Shown piece by piece: positions 1 to 13,202 of a stretch of DNA of 64,000 nucleotides. A program made the translations under genes and the position numbers. How positions within the stretch are numbered: the first letter of the stretch is position 1; the number at the start of each line of letters is the position of its first letter. The DNA is from Podarcis bocagei (lineage: Eukaryota). Location: assembly GCA_964188305.1 (NCBI GenBank), contig OZ076893.1; one strand, written 5' to 3'. The notes under the pieces are model-generated. The model saw only the letters and a list, made by a program, of their open reading frames with translations. It did not search any database and was not told where the DNA came from.

Positions 1-2351
1 GCCCTTTTTGATCATCCTCTTGTAATGCTACTTTTTGTTTTTCCTCTTGTATTTTCCATCTTATTTCTTCCATAAATGAATCTGTTTCAGTCTCCTCATA
101 GATTGCAGTCCTCAGCATACATTTCCAGAAAAAGGCTTCATTTGAGCAGAGTAGGACTTGCTTCTGAGTAGACTTGCTTAGGATTGGGCATTCATCACCT
201 GTGGAGATGAATATCCTCTCAGAACGGCTTACTACCACCCCAGTCTATAATCTGTATCTCTTGCTCATTAACCACCCCAACTGTCATTTGTGTGTCAAAT
301 CACCATCATATTATAGACCTCCTTGGTGCCAGGTAGTGCCATTCTTTATTCAGTCCTTTAACCACATAAGAAAGCAGTGATTGATTGAAGTTATTGTTTT
401 GTAGTGCTTTCAGAAGTGATCTGGTCTGTGATAAGCTGCATCAGAAATATTGAACTGTAATCCTTACTCTTCAATGTTAAATCTTTTCTCTTGATCCAAA
501 ATCTCAATAGGTGGTGAAATAGTTATGGGAGTATGGCATCAATTCAGTAAGATGTTATACTGTATTTTTCACAAAACATGGAGAGAAAGTTGCCCAAACA
601 TGCAAATCTCCAAAGAGATGAAGAAAAAACATTCCATTTTCACAAAACCACAGGAATCACTTGTCACAAACCTTTCTAAGTGCCTTAACAGTATGGATTT
701 ATCATATTTGTTCATCAAATTAATAATAGGGCACAAAGCAACTGATAAGGGAGCTGGTGAATCTGAGTGCACAGGCCTTTGCCCCGTTTTTTTCTTTCAG
801 GTGTACTGTAAAGGATTCTCCCAATTAGATCTCCAGGGATTTTCTGTTAAAAATCTTTTTTCTTTGTCTTCTCACATCCTAAAGCAAATGGAAACATCAC
901 TTACAAGCAAGTTTCTTAAATCTATCAGCATCTACTGCTCAGCAATTTTCTTTAGCATTCAGGGAGAGAACCCTGGTTGTCATCCTAGCATCCTTTCCAG
1001 AATTCATAATAATGGGGTGTTTTTTGTTTTACTGTCACAAAAGGAATTGCATGCGCTTTGTGCAATCAGACATTTGTCCTCATGTTCTTTGATGCTCTTT
1101 GATGAGGTTGAAAGCTCTCCTTTGTAAAACAACAACACACCCAAACAAAACCAAGCTGGTGAAACAGGTACAAAAGTAGGCACGTTCTGATGTAATGACT
1201 TGAGCCCACCATTCTGTTATTGAAATGAAGTTAGTAAATGCTTTAGCCTGCTTACTGCAAGAACATAGACTTCTAGTCAAAACACCAGGGCTCAGCTAAA
1301 CTGCTTAACTTCCATGATCTTCAGATTGTAAAGGAATACATGTGGAATTCAGTTTTGATTCCTGGATGAAATTCCTGCATTTTCAGAAAGTTGCTGTGGA
1401 ATTACACCAACCAGCTTGCATAGTTATGAATACAAAGGACAGAAAGCCTCAGTGGACAGTAGTAGGTCAAAGCCTCTTTTTTGCTTCTTGAAAGAAACGT
1501 AAGAATTTTTTGTAAACCACCCATTACCTCACTTTGTCTTCAACTGAACACCTTCTTCAGTTGCCTTGCAGAACTCTTCATACCTGACAAGAATTTCATG
1601 TGGTACTGAAGAGTGTTCACTCAGTACATTGAGTGTACTCAATGCATCAAGAAAAGCTGCCAGTTCTCTGAAAACCATATCAGGTATGGGGGTCTCTGCT
1701 CTGTGAGTAACTTTCTGAAATGCAAGATTTCAAGCTGACAGGATTTGGTGCCAATGTTTGCATCAGCTGAAATACATATTTGGAATAAATTATTTCAGTG
1801 CTCCTGCAACCTGTATTCTAGTTTCCATAATTGCATGGATCTTCTATGTTCTTCAAGATAATTCTGCAAAGCTTTAAGGCTATTTGGATATGAAATTCTG
1901 TAAGGTGGATGAAAATTACATGTATATCAAAATGCATGGGTGCATTTTGCAGTCGCAAAGCCACATGACTTTTATAGGTCTGATCACACCCACCTGAAGT
2001 GTACCTTTAATTTGTAATTGTTACTGTCTGAGAGGTTTTCTTTACTCACAGTGATTCAGTAAGCCTGGTGTGGCTGGATATTTGAACAAAGAATAAACCA
2101 CAACATTAAAATGCAATACAATTAAAATTCAACAATAAAAATGGTAAAATGCAACCTAAAAGCTTTCTAGAAGCAGAAAAATGAAACCAATTATTTCATT
2201 TTAAAAGACGTTTAAAATATTTTTGGCTCATTTTGTCCCTGGCAAGCTGGGAACATAAGACCTATCTGCCTAGTTGGGATTGAAAGTTTGTTTGGTGCTT
2301 GAACCCAGCTTTGTTGCCAATGCTCAGAACAGTTTTCAGTCATGTTCTTGA

Positions 2352-2657
2352 ATAATAATAATAATAATAATTTATTATTTATACCCCGCCCATCTGGCTG
2401 GGCCTCCCCAGCCACTCTGGGCGGCTTCCATAAAAACCAAAAATACAGTAAAATATCACATGTTAAAAACTTCCCTGAACAGGGCTGCCTTAAGATGTCT
2501 TCTGAATGTCAGGTAGTTGTTTATCGCTTTGACATCTGCTGGAAGGGCGTTCCACAGGGCGGGTGCCACTACCGAGAAGGCCCTCTGCCTGGTTCCCTGT
2601 AGCTTTGCTTCTCGCAATGAGGGAACCGCCAGAAGGCCCTCGGCGCTGGACCTCAGT
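2352..2657 (-). mobile_element. L2-clade LINE 3' fragment with (AAT)n tail
   Basis: Reverse complement of the 3' part of the 39.6-40.5 kb L2 copy. Confidence 0.85.
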
Positions 2658-3213
2658 GATGAACAAAAGACTGCTTATGTGAAATGACATATAATTGAGG
2701 ATACTCACATAAAATATTGTCAGACTTCATATTTTTATGTTAAATTACCTCATCAGTTGGTTTCCTCCATATACCTTCTGACAAACAGAATATATTTTAG
2801 AGTGAAGGCAACTTTTAAATAATTACATTGGAGTTCATATTTTATGTATTACAACACATTTCTTCACAAAGGGACCAAACTTCCAGCCATTTGTATTATA
2901 ATGTATAATGGTATACTTATACCCTAGGGACACTTAATATGAAGTAAGTGCTATTGAACTCAGTGACTGGGTAGTAGATGCCTGCCTTGTTGCTTCACAA
3001 TAAAAGTATGTTTCATTTACAAAAGCCCATCTGCTGTTGTGGTTGGGAAAATAGGTGTCATAGGTGGACAAAACGTATGGGTTGTTCTGTTCTTGAGGAA
3101 GCTAAACCCTGGACTCTAAAAGTGATTCTGAACTCTCAGATTTTAAGCTTCTATCATTATCTTAATCTAGTCCTGTAATTGGTTGTTTTTACCAGACCCT
3201 CTTTGGTATCTTT

Positions 3214-4792
3214 TTATGCTAATTTTTTAAATTCATTTTCAATAACAATCTTCCAATTAATGACAGATTAAATCAAATCAATCCAAATTACAATAATAAC
3301 AATACCACCATTTATATATTTCAATTATTATTATTTTTTGGCGGGGGGGGGGGGACTTCCCATGTTCCAGATGTCTAGAGATAATCGTCCTTATTCTCAG
3401 TCTAATTAGTCATTGTTCCTGTGGTTCACATCTTCTGTAGCAAAGTTTTTGTATTGTTAACACACAGGAGGCATTTTTTATTCATCTTATTCTCTGTCCA
3501 ATTATTTTGGTGTTCAGTCCTCTTATCTCTCCTTTGTTCGTCAAGTTCTCATTAAAGGCACCGGGCTTTGTTCCAAAAATAGAGTTTATAAATGGCAAGT
3601 CAACAAGTTCTCTCTGATGTCTGTTAATGAGCTGGTGTCCGTATATGTCTGTACAGTGGTACCTTGGGTTAAGAACTTAATTCGTTCTGGAGGTCCGTTC
3701 TTAACCTGAAACTGTTCTTAGCCTGAGGTACCACTTTAGCTAATGGGGCCTCCCACTGCTGCTGTGCCGCCACCGCGCGATTTCTGTTCTCATCCTGAAG
3801 TAAAGTTCTTAACCCGAGGTACTATTTCTGGGTTAGCGGAATCTGTAACCTGAAGCGTCTGTAACCTGAAGGGTCTGTAACCTGAGGTACCACTGTATAT
3901 AATGCTGTATTGTAGGGCATGCTTCCCGGCTGTATATTATGTGAGAATTATTTAAATTCCTCCAAGAATAAAAGGACCCCCCCCAGCTCCTCCGGGCCCT
4001 AGAAGAGTTGGCAGGGATCCAGCGCTCTCCATCCTTCTGTCCACAATTTCTGTCCACAATCATGTATAAAAATAATCCATACAAGCAGATGTATTTTAGA
4101 ATGAAGTACACCCCAAGTTCAAAGGAGCTCTTTTCCATTAGAATTCCCCTCTTTTTTGTAACTGTGCAATAATGATCGCCATTTTGTTTCCATCTTCAGC
4201 CTGAGCCGCCATATCTGATCTTATTTTGCCAGCTCTAATTCTAATTAGAGTTCTCCGTTGACGGCCGTGCATCATGCATTCAATTAAAATTTTCACCTCT
4301 TGTGTTCCGTTCAAGTAATTAAATTCTTTCTGGATGAGCTTCGCCAAATTGTGATGTAATATAACAAGTATGGAAAGAGCGGTTGCTCACCTCCTTAGTC
4401 CACGTTTCAAGATGAGAGTCCGTTTAAAGTCCAAAGTTCTGCATTCAACGATTGCATAATTTGACAGTTTTTTCCTTTAATCTCCTCCATCTGGAACATG
4501 CCTGTTTTTTGTCCAAATCTTCTTATTTTAGAATACATGTGTCTCCTGCATGCAGGAGTGGCTTTGGAGAGTGCCAGCCGTACCTTGCTCTTAGACCCAG
4601 CGTCCCTGTCGCTCGCACCTTGATGCAAGCCAACAGATCACGGACAATTTGTGGGTCTTTGAGACAGTCCTCCCTCACCTTGGAGAATCTGTCAGGGCTA
4701 ATTACCCTCATATCAGCCCTGAATTACTGCCACGGCTTGGGTCCATTCATGTGGGAGGCAGCCATTTCCCGCAGCAGGAAACCAGAAGTCTG
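3214..4792 (-). mobile_element. Short L1-like element (GC-rich 5' end, ORF1-like remnants, A-rich tail), interrupted by a MITE
   Basis: Minus strand reads gacttctggtttcc near its start; direct repeat ggtatcttt at 3205-3213 and 4793-4801 (putative TSD). Confidence 0.5.
3654..3895. mobile_element. Tc1/mariner-type MITE
   Basis: TIRs CAGTGGTACCT...AGGTACCACTG flanked by TA; second copy at 20068-20310. Confidence 0.9.
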
Positions 4793-5374
4793 GGTATCTT
4801 TAAGTAGAAGGATTCTGGCATCACCTCACATGGGCACTAGAGGGCTACAAAGCTTGTGTTGTATTTAATGTTACATGCGGCTCTAGAAACATTCTGCTTT
4901 ATCAGGGGCATGGCAGATATTATTGTCGTGATTAGATCATTGTTTACACGAGCACAAATTGCTGCTCTTGAGACTGATTAGATTGCCCTCATAGTCCCTT
5001 CCAGCTGTACAATCTTATGATTAGATTGGTCCACTTCTAAAAAAAATGTATTGAGCAGATATGACAACTTCATGATGGACAGCAAGCACAGGACTGAATT
5101 TCTTAGCACCTGATTTTCAAAACTAGGAAGGTCACAGCTGTTGTGATAATATCCTGAATTGAACTGTTTGCTGTTGATTCCTCTGACCGGCAGCCCTGAT
5201 GGAGTCGGGGATCAATGCTTGACTTGCAAAACTGTTGGCTCAAACTCTGTATTTCTGATACTGTGTGATCACACTGTATGTTGTCTGGCAGACATGGAGA
5301 AGAGTGGATTATCAGAGACTATTGTTTCCTAAATGCCATTAGCAGAAAAGGGTGACACCCATTTTCGGTACGTA

Positions 5375-5752
5375 CACTAGTGGCCAAAATTGTGGAAACC
5401 TTTTGGAGAAAGTGTATTTCCGAGGTTTGATGGCTCATAACACGACCTCTTTTTTGGGGGGGGGGAGTAATACCATAAAATTATATATCAATGGAAAGAT
5501 GATTTAATGAAGAATGTAATGCAACAAAGTCTGTTTAATTATCTGTACTCTATCAAAAGTTACAGCCAAATAACCAGAAAAAGGAGTGTTTAGAGAGCCA
5601 ATCAGGTGTCATCTTATTTTGGCAATGATGGCTCATAACACTACTTTTTTAAAAAAAGTAATGCCATAAAATTACATATCAATGGAAAAATAATTTAATG
5701 AAGAATGTAATGCACGTTTTCCAAAAGATTTCCACAATTTTGGCCGCTACTG
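5375..5752. mobile_element. Tc1-like MITE with internal ~90-bp direct repeat
   Basis: TIRs ca(c/g)tag(t/c)ggccaaaattgtggaaa, TA flanks; internal duplication at about 5430-5523 and 5627-5713. Confidence 0.8.
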
Positions 5753-6969
5753 TATCTCTTCTCTGTTTCATGTATTGAAAAAAGCTTGGATTGATATGAA
5801 TTAAGAATTTCAGAGCTTTGGCCTCTGTACAGTTTAACTAAAAACAACCTATATACAGCTACAATATTGAGTTTTATTTAGTGTTTGTTTAATATGAGAG
5901 CAGCCTTTTAAACATGTCCACAATAGTTAGTGGGCCACAACTTTTTTTAATAACCTCTTTGCCCATACATGTGTAGAATGGAGATATAGATATAGATAGA
6001 TATGGGGGATTCTATTGAAGTATCATTTTATATATTCTATAGATCTCCTCCTTCAATAGTATCCCTTTTGCTGTAGCCATTCATGGATTAGAGGATTAAG
6101 AAAAAGTATGAATGATGGTCTCCTAAAAATATTTTTGTCATGAGTTAACTTCGGAGAAACAATTCTCTTTTCCTCCTACCTTCCCTGACCCAATAAAATA
6201 CCAAAAAAAAAACCAACCCAAAAAGAACTAACATACTTAGACTGACACATACAGCCTAATCCTGTATTTACTCAGGAGAAATTCTGTTGTGCATACTGGG
6301 ACTTACTCTCAGGTAAACGTGCCTAGGACCTCAACTACATATGCTTGGAAATTAGCTCCTTTGATCTCAGACTTAGTTCCAAGGAAAGTGTCAGTCTCTT
6401 TCTTAGTAAGAGATCAGCAGCTGCACCTACTTTTAAATACAAATAACGGCTTGCCTAACAAATTCAAACATATCAGTTTCAGGACATGCTGAATGTAAAT
6501 AATCTAGTACAAGTAATCAAGTGGACAATTTTAGAGGCACAATTGACTACAAAATGCAGCTGCAATATAGCGTTGTTTATGAAACATGCCAAATTGAACA
6601 TATTATTCAGTTATGCATTGGTACTGAATCCTTACTAAGTGCTGAACTGAACATGTGTAATGGATTTTGATTTTTTTAAAAGCAGGCTCATATTTCACCT
6701 AACTGCAGACATGAGTCTTGATTAGTCCTTGTTACCTGAGGACAATTTCTACAGTACGTGCCCCAGGTGACCAGGAGAGTAGTAATTTGCAAGCCTCAGA
6801 AAGAGGCATTAGTACAGTTACTTGATGGAGTGTGTATATTATCAGATTGTGCTTTATCAGGTTATTAATTTCATTTTGAATTTATGGTTTTAAAATGATT
6901 TTTTGTCAACAGCAATTGAAATGTTACTGAAAATTGCTCACAGTTTTTATATATCCTTGCTAATTCTAG

Positions 6970-7082
6970 TTAAATGGCAGTAAAGCAATATCTGGAGAAA
7001 ATAACTTCACAGACACAATGAGACATCTGTTGTCATCAAGACTGAGTATTTCTGACTGTCCTAATTGCAATTTCAGGCACAG
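6970..7082 (+). CDS. FAM193A: FAM193A-like, first coding exon recognisable in window (LNGSKAISGENNFTDTMRHLLSSRLSISDCPNCNFRH-R)
   Basis: ttctag acceptor and gtgagt donor; translation matches human FAM193A LTNKKAVTGENNFTDTMRHMLSSRLSMPDCPNCNYRR; phase 0 to 2. Confidence 0.9.
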
Positions 7083-7144
7083 GTGAGTAGATAATATTTA
7101 ATAGCTATAGTAGTAAAATATTATTTCATAATAAAATCTTAACT

Positions 7145-7350
7145 GAGAGCTTTCCAAGTTGTGTGTCGCGACACATTAGACTGTTGGCTGCAGTGTGTAG
7201 GTGTGTTGCGTGAACACTCCCCACACTCCTTCCGGTGCTGGAAAGGGGTTAGTTTAACCTCTGGTTTGCTAGTAAAACTGAATTAATGTGTTGCAAAATG
7301 ATTCATGTCTAAAAAGTGTGTCACCAACATGAAAAGTTTGGAAAGCTCTG
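7145..7350. mobile_element. hAT-type MITE
   Basis: TIRs (c/g)agagctttccaa; 8-bp TSD tcttaact/tcttaacc. Confidence 0.7.
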
Positions 7351-7628
7351 TCTTAACCCTTTGGTGAACCAGTTCCATCTTCCACAAAGGTCTGCCTTCG
7401 CCTCTGCACTGGAACAGCTAGTCACCACATCTGTGCTGCAGCTCTGTGTCTCTGGCCTTGCTTCATGTCGCCTGTGGGAAACGCTGCAAATCTTCCTGGC
7501 TTTTGGACTCTGTCCAAACTTCTCACAGGAAAAATTTTCCACTGGTTGTTTTATGTGTGAATATTTAATTTAATGAAATTGAACAAAATATTGGTGTTGA
7601 TAATATTCTATTTTGAATTCATGAACAG

Positions 7629-7877
7629 ATGTACTTGTGATGACTGCAGCCTTTCGCATATTCTGATGTGTGGAATCATGGATTCACCAGCTACAGACGA
7701 TGTCCATAGTAACCAGCTTCCCCTTCAAATTGATTCTGCTCCCGATTATCTCTCTCAAATGCACTTACGAAGTATATCATCAGGAAGCTCAGGGTCTAGT
7801 TCCAGTTCTCCTTTTACTGACCAGCAGATAGACAGACAAAGACTCATCCTTGCAGATAATAGCTCTGGATCACCTTT
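7629..7877 (+). CDS. FAM193A: FAM193A-like exon (CTCDDCSLSHILMCGIMDSP...DNSSGSP)
   Basis: aacag/gtaagt junctions, 249 nt, phase 2 to 2; matches CACDDCSLSHILTCGIMDPP. Confidence 0.92.
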
Positions 7878-8169
7878 GTAAGTGTGGCCTTGTTGTTCTT
7901 TTGATCATAGTAAAATGTGAAATTTTGAGAACAGAATCTAACAGTAGTGAAAAGAATTTCTTTGTGTGCAGTGGATTTTCTGGGTCCTTACTGCTTTTCC
8001 AGTGGCAGTTCCATGTGCTGGTGTTGAAGAGGGTGAGCAGCACTTGGTACAGGGCATAGAATGCAAGTTAGAAGACAAAGAAGATGAGACCCTGCTGTAA
8101 ATATAGAAGCACTTACACATACACTTGAGGCTCTTGTGGACCCCAGCTTTAGAAATACTGTATATTTTT

Positions 8170-8800
8170 AAACTTGTGATGATAATAATAGCACCTTTAT
8201 TGTCAATGTACAACCTGTGTACAATGAAATTAACCAAGCCTCCCCCTTCCCATAAACACTCAGTCTCATCTGTGTGCTTGTCACTCTCCTAAGGCAATGA
8301 TCCCTTGTGACGTCATATAGCGGGCTCAGGGGACAGCCCATGATATCATGTACTGTATTCACCACCCTTTGTAAAGACTTTCTGTCCGTGGTTGTCAAGC
8401 CAACCAACACTGTGATACAATATGAGAGGACACTTTCTATTGTGGACTGGTAGAAGGAGATCATCAGTTGTTGTTTAACGTTGTTCTTTTGCAAGACCTT
8501 GAGGAAATGGTGTCTCTGTTGGGCCTTCCTAACCACCTGAGTTATATTGTTTTTCCAAGTGAGGTCTTCACTAAGGTAAACTCCCAGGAATTTAAAGGAA
8601 GAGACTCTCTCTACACAACCCCCCCCCCCCCCGGATATACAGCGGGGCTAGTTCCCCTCTCTTCCTCTGAAAGTCCAACACCATCTCCTTTGTCTTGCTA
8701 ATATTTAGGTGCAAGTTATTCTCTAAGCACCATGTAGATACTTTTGAACCTCCCCCCTGTACGCCGATTCATTTCCACCTGTAATTAGACCCATTATGAT
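8170..8800 (-). mobile_element. Degraded Rex1/Babar-like LINE fragment
   Basis: Translation KAQQR-HFL...FYQSTIESVLSYCITV...DRKSLQRVV typical of the Rex1 ORF C-terminal region. Confidence 0.7.
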
Positions 8801-9479
8801 CAGCCTGTTCCCAAAAACTGGAACTATCCTCGAATCATGAAATTTGAAACATAGGCTATACTTCTGGCATAATTAAGTGGCGGGCAGAATGGCAGATTTA
8901 CTCCTGAGCTACTTTAGTTTTTTGGGAGCTGAAACATACTGATCTTTAGGCAAAGTATGGAGAAGCCCCATTCATTATTAACATACAAGAGCAAGCTTTC
9001 AGACACTGGACTACCAAGGTGATAGTGACAAGGGGTTTGAGCATACCTTGTCCATTCACTTGTGATGGAAGTCCTCTGCCGTAGCGTAGAAATTTGCTTC
9101 ACTGGCACTCAAGTACAAGGGGAGTGACAATGATGATATCAGAATTAACCCTTTTTACCACAAAGCTATCCATTATGCTTTTAGGATGTATCATGTCTTT
9201 GAATCAATGCTTTTAGGGCTAAAATGCAGTATGGCATCTTTTTAAAATGAAAAATCTGGAAATGCCTTACATGTCGTCTATATTTGGATTTGCACCCAGA
9301 GCTTTTATTTCTGTTACAAATTCCAGTGAAATGGTATTAAAATAACAAACACCCAACCCCTATTTCTAGAAGAAAATTACAAATTCAAAACCAGTGGAAA
9401 TTGCATTTTACTTTCTTTTCAAAGTTCTCTATTGCTTTACCTACTTAGCATGTACAAAAAACCCCACTTTTCTTCACAG

Positions 9480-9630
9480 TAATACTGAAAATGAAGATAT
9501 TTCAGCAGTATCAGAAAAACCTGATATTTATTGTATTAATCACTACGATAATGCTGAGGCTGTCAGAAACATGAATGGGATCCACAGACTGTTAACTGAT
9601 GGAGTCAAAAACATGGCATTAAAGGCTGAG
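9480..9630 (+). CDS. FAM193A: FAM193A-like exon (NTENEDISAVSEKPDIY...MNGIH...NMALKAE)
   Basis: ttcacag/gtactg junctions, phase 2 to 0; matches MNGIHSELNGGGENMALKDE. Confidence 0.9.
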
Positions 9631-9786
9631 GTACTGTAATTTTGAAATACATTTTATACATCTATTATTTACATTTATATACCACTGTTCATCTTGTGGG
9701 GTCCCAGGGTGGTGGACACATATAGCAGAATCATAAAGCAATTCAGATGTAATTTAAAATCATATTCACCCTGAACTATTTATCAG

Positions 9787-9969
9787 TCTCCCCAGCAGAG
9801 TAGTAACACTAGTAGCAGTTCATCAGTAGCAGATGCTGAAGAAGCAGATGAAGAGAATGGTGGTAATTTACCAAGGGCTCAAGAAGGGGATTTAATGCTT
9901 GGAACTAATGTGCGAAGGAAGGATGAAGCGAAAACAGACAGTTCTTTGTCATCATACTCTATTCAGCAG
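9787..9969 (+). CDS. FAM193A: FAM193A-like exon (SPQQSSNTSSSSSVADAEEADEE...SYSIQQ)
   Basis: tatcag/gtaaaa junctions, 183 nt, phase 0; matches SPQISSTSSSSSEADDEEAD. Confidence 0.88.
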
Positions 9970-10908
9970 GTAAAACACATTTAGTTCTTAAGAGTAATGT
10001 ATATGAACCCTGAAACAATGTTCTTCTGGATTTCTTTTTAGTTAGCCAATGATAAATTGTTCAAAAAAGAGAGAAATCACAGCAGTACTAATAAATAATA
10101 TCACATTACAAAATAGTGAAATGCTGCACATAGCTGTATATTTATAATTTATAATTTGATATTTTCACCCAAAGTTAGCAATCACTCATTTTCTGGCTCC
10201 TCCACCCCTGTTCCCACTCCAGACTTTCAGTGTTTTAAATCATTGTGGTAGTCAGACATATGAAATTTAGCCCGTTCCTTTTTAATAGACAGAACTGCAA
10301 CTAGGAATCTGGCTAGATAAAATATGATCCTATGGTGTCTGGTTTTTGAGCAGAAAAACCAGCCTGTCCTCTACCCCGCTGTCCCTCCAAATCCCCTTTG
10401 TTCCCCAACCACTTCACTATGGACATGGACAACTACGTTTACTGCACTACAGGGTGTGTTCCAGGGTTTCCACAGCTGGCTGTCAATATCAACATTGTGC
10501 TCCCCCAGTTCCTCCTTTGAACTGTCCTAATGTAGTTGCAGAAGGATTTCTTTTCATATATTATAGCAGACCAATCTCTGGTTTTGATGTAATCATAATC
10601 CATGCACCCTTAATATTTGCCTTTCTATTTCTTACACCCTCTTGAAGTTTTTGTACAATCATTATCCATGTAGTGTTAGAGTTATAATAGGGTTGTGCTG
10701 ATATGACTGTATCACACCAGTACTATTTCATCTGGACTGGCTGTCATTTTGTTTCTTGGCCTGTTTAAAGTGTTGTATTAACATTTAAAACCTAAAAGAG
10801 CTTACAACCTGTTACTTGGAAGGTTCACTTCCTCCTGTATATACCTCTTTGGACCTTTCAATCTTCCTCAGAGCACATTCTTGTTGGTTGAGAAAGAAAA
10901 AGTAGGTA

Positions 10909-11645
10909 CAGTGGTGCCTCGCAAGATGAAATTAATTCGTTCCGCAAGTTTTTCTTCTTGCGAGTTTTTCGTCTTGCGAAGCACGGTTTCCCATAGGAAT
11001 GCATTGAAAATCAATTAATGCGTTCCTATGGAAACCGCTTGCCAGGCTGGCGGTGTGGAGAAGGGCTTTTCTCCCCACCGCAAGCCTTCAGGACAGGTAC
11101 GGGAACAGAGGGGAAGGGGCGCAGCGCTTCTCCTCTGTTCCCGGGGCTTGCGGTGGGAGGAGGGTTTTTCCTCCCCACCGCCAACATTCAGAACAGCATT
11201 CTGAATGTTGGCGGTGGGAAGGAAAACCCTCCTCCCACCGCAAGTCTTCAGGACAGCCTTCTGAAGGCTGGCGATGGGGCGGAAAGACCTCCTCCTGCCG
11301 CCAGCCTTCGGAGCAGCCTTCCAAAGGCTGGCGGTGGGGCAGAGAGCCCTCCCCCGCCGCCAGGCTTCGGAGCATCCTTCCGAAGGCTGGCGGCGGGAGG
11401 AGGTCTTTCCGCCCCACCGCCAGGCTTTGGAGCAGGCTTCCGAAGGCTGGCGGCGGGAGGAGGTCTTTCCGCCCCACCGCCAGGCTTTGCGCTTCCCCGC
11501 TGTCCCGGAGATTTCCCTATGGGCTTTCGTCTTGCGAAGCAAGCCCATAGGGAAATTCGTTTTGCGAAGCGGCTCCAAAACGGAAAACCCTTTCGTCTAG
11601 CGGGTTTTCCGTCTTGCGAGGCGTTCGTCTTGCGGGGTACCACTG
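10909..11645. mobile_element. Tc1/mariner-type MITE with internal GC-rich palindromic ~60-bp repeat array
   Basis: TIRs CAGTGGT(G/A)CC, TA flanks; shares ends with 27185-27435. Confidence 0.88.
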
Positions 11646-12877
11646 TAAAATAAAAAGAGAATTCCTGGATGCCTAGAACCAGGTTTGGCAAGAGAACCAC
11701 AGCAGAGCATTAAAAACACAAAATGTGTGGCACTGTAAAGTTTGGAAATTTAGGCTGTTAGACCATTAAAACATCCCCATCTAAGTTGCTTCCAAAATTC
11801 CCCACCTTCCTTAGCATAGGAAGAGATCGCACATTAGTAAGTTTAAACTTTTATAAGTTTAAAATGCTTTACTTACAAATTTTTCAAAGATCAGATTCAT
11901 GCACTTTTTCATACAGCACTTAGAAAAGACAGACAGTAAAACTCAGGTTCCAAAGTGGTAAATGTTTCTAAATTATTTGTATAGAAACACTAAGATAGCT
12001 CCTTAAGCCATGTGATTTTGGCTTGGAGCAACTAGTCCAGACCTCCTCCCTGGTAGGGTTCACATGGTAGAATGTGAGAAAGTGGGAGAAAAAAGAGCTT
12101 GACAACCCTTCTTCCCAAGGTAAGCAGGAGTGACCACACTAAGCCTGGCAGAACTTACTCTTATGGTCTTAAGCTCTTCATGCATTAATTAGACTTAAGC
12201 ATGTTGGTTATGTGAGACTGATTATCCCACACTTTCTTGGGCATCCCCACCCAGTAAGGGGAAGCAACTAGGCAGAAGTTTAGAAGTAAAGGTTGTCTAG
12301 TTGCACCAACATCCTCTACCCCCCCCACCTGATGTTATTGATATCTAGAAGAATTAATGCTGTAAAGCTCAAGAATGGAATTCCAAGCCTATGTTATTTA
12401 ATACTAGTAACGCCTTAGGTTTCAATCCTAACTTAATGGGAGGGCCATTGAACTCAATGGGAGATACTTCAGGGTAAGCATTGGACCATAGCATTCATGT
12501 AATTTTCAGGTAAGGAAGTGGACTGCCAGGCTCTGAAAGTAAGATGTATTTCAAGTGCTAGAAGGTGTAAGCAGGGCTTTTTTTCTAGATAAAGTGGTGA
12601 CGGAACAGTTTCGGTGCGTTCCGGCTGAAAAAAACACCCTGGTACAAGTCAGTACATGAATACATTGGACACACAGTTTATAACAGAAACAATTAAGGTG
12701 GTTTTAAGCTTGTTATTGTTAAGCTTATTGTATTTTATATATTTGAGAGGTGTCATTATTGTCATTTTCTAAAACAATAGATTGCATCTAAGATAATTGT
12801 TTCCAAAAAATAAAAGAAATGTTTCTCTAATTTTGCTGTGTGGTTTACATTGTGTGCCCTCCTTTCATTTATAGCAG

Positions 12878-13129
12878 ATTGATCAAGAACCAGCTTGTTG
12901 TGAGTGCCATGTCTGTAAACAGGAAATCTCAGGCCCCTCTTCTTCAGACACTGAAGTGAAATGTCTTCCTGCTGGGCATCAGTTTAGGATGCCAGAAAAA
13001 CCTGCCCATCCTGCTCTTCATCTTTATCCTCATATCCATGGACAAATACCACTTCATACTATTCCTCACTTACCTCCTCCACTAATCCACCCTTCTTTAT
13101 ACACTGCTTCCCCCTTTGCACAAAATAAG
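12878..13129 (+). CDS. FAM193A: FAM193A-like exon (IDQEPACCECHVCKQE...HPALHLYPHIHG...AQNK)
   Basis: tagcag tandem acceptor, gtaagt donor, 252 nt; CECHVC and HPALHLYPHIHG motifs. Confidence 0.92.
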
Positions 13130-13202
13130 GTAAGTCTGTCAAAGTGGCAATCTTCCGGGTTCCAGGATATTTCATGCATCTGTTAAAAATAATTTGCCAG
13201 TT

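Noticed and set aside
525-1127. 200-aa plus-strand ORF
   Set aside because: No recognisable homology or splice context; likely a shadow of minus-strand decayed sequence or chance.
11015-11700. Six overlapping long ORFs; repeat array superficially like a CRISPR
   Set aside because: Stop-free because of GC-rich tandem palindromes inside a MITE; no unique spacers, and the context is eukaryotic.
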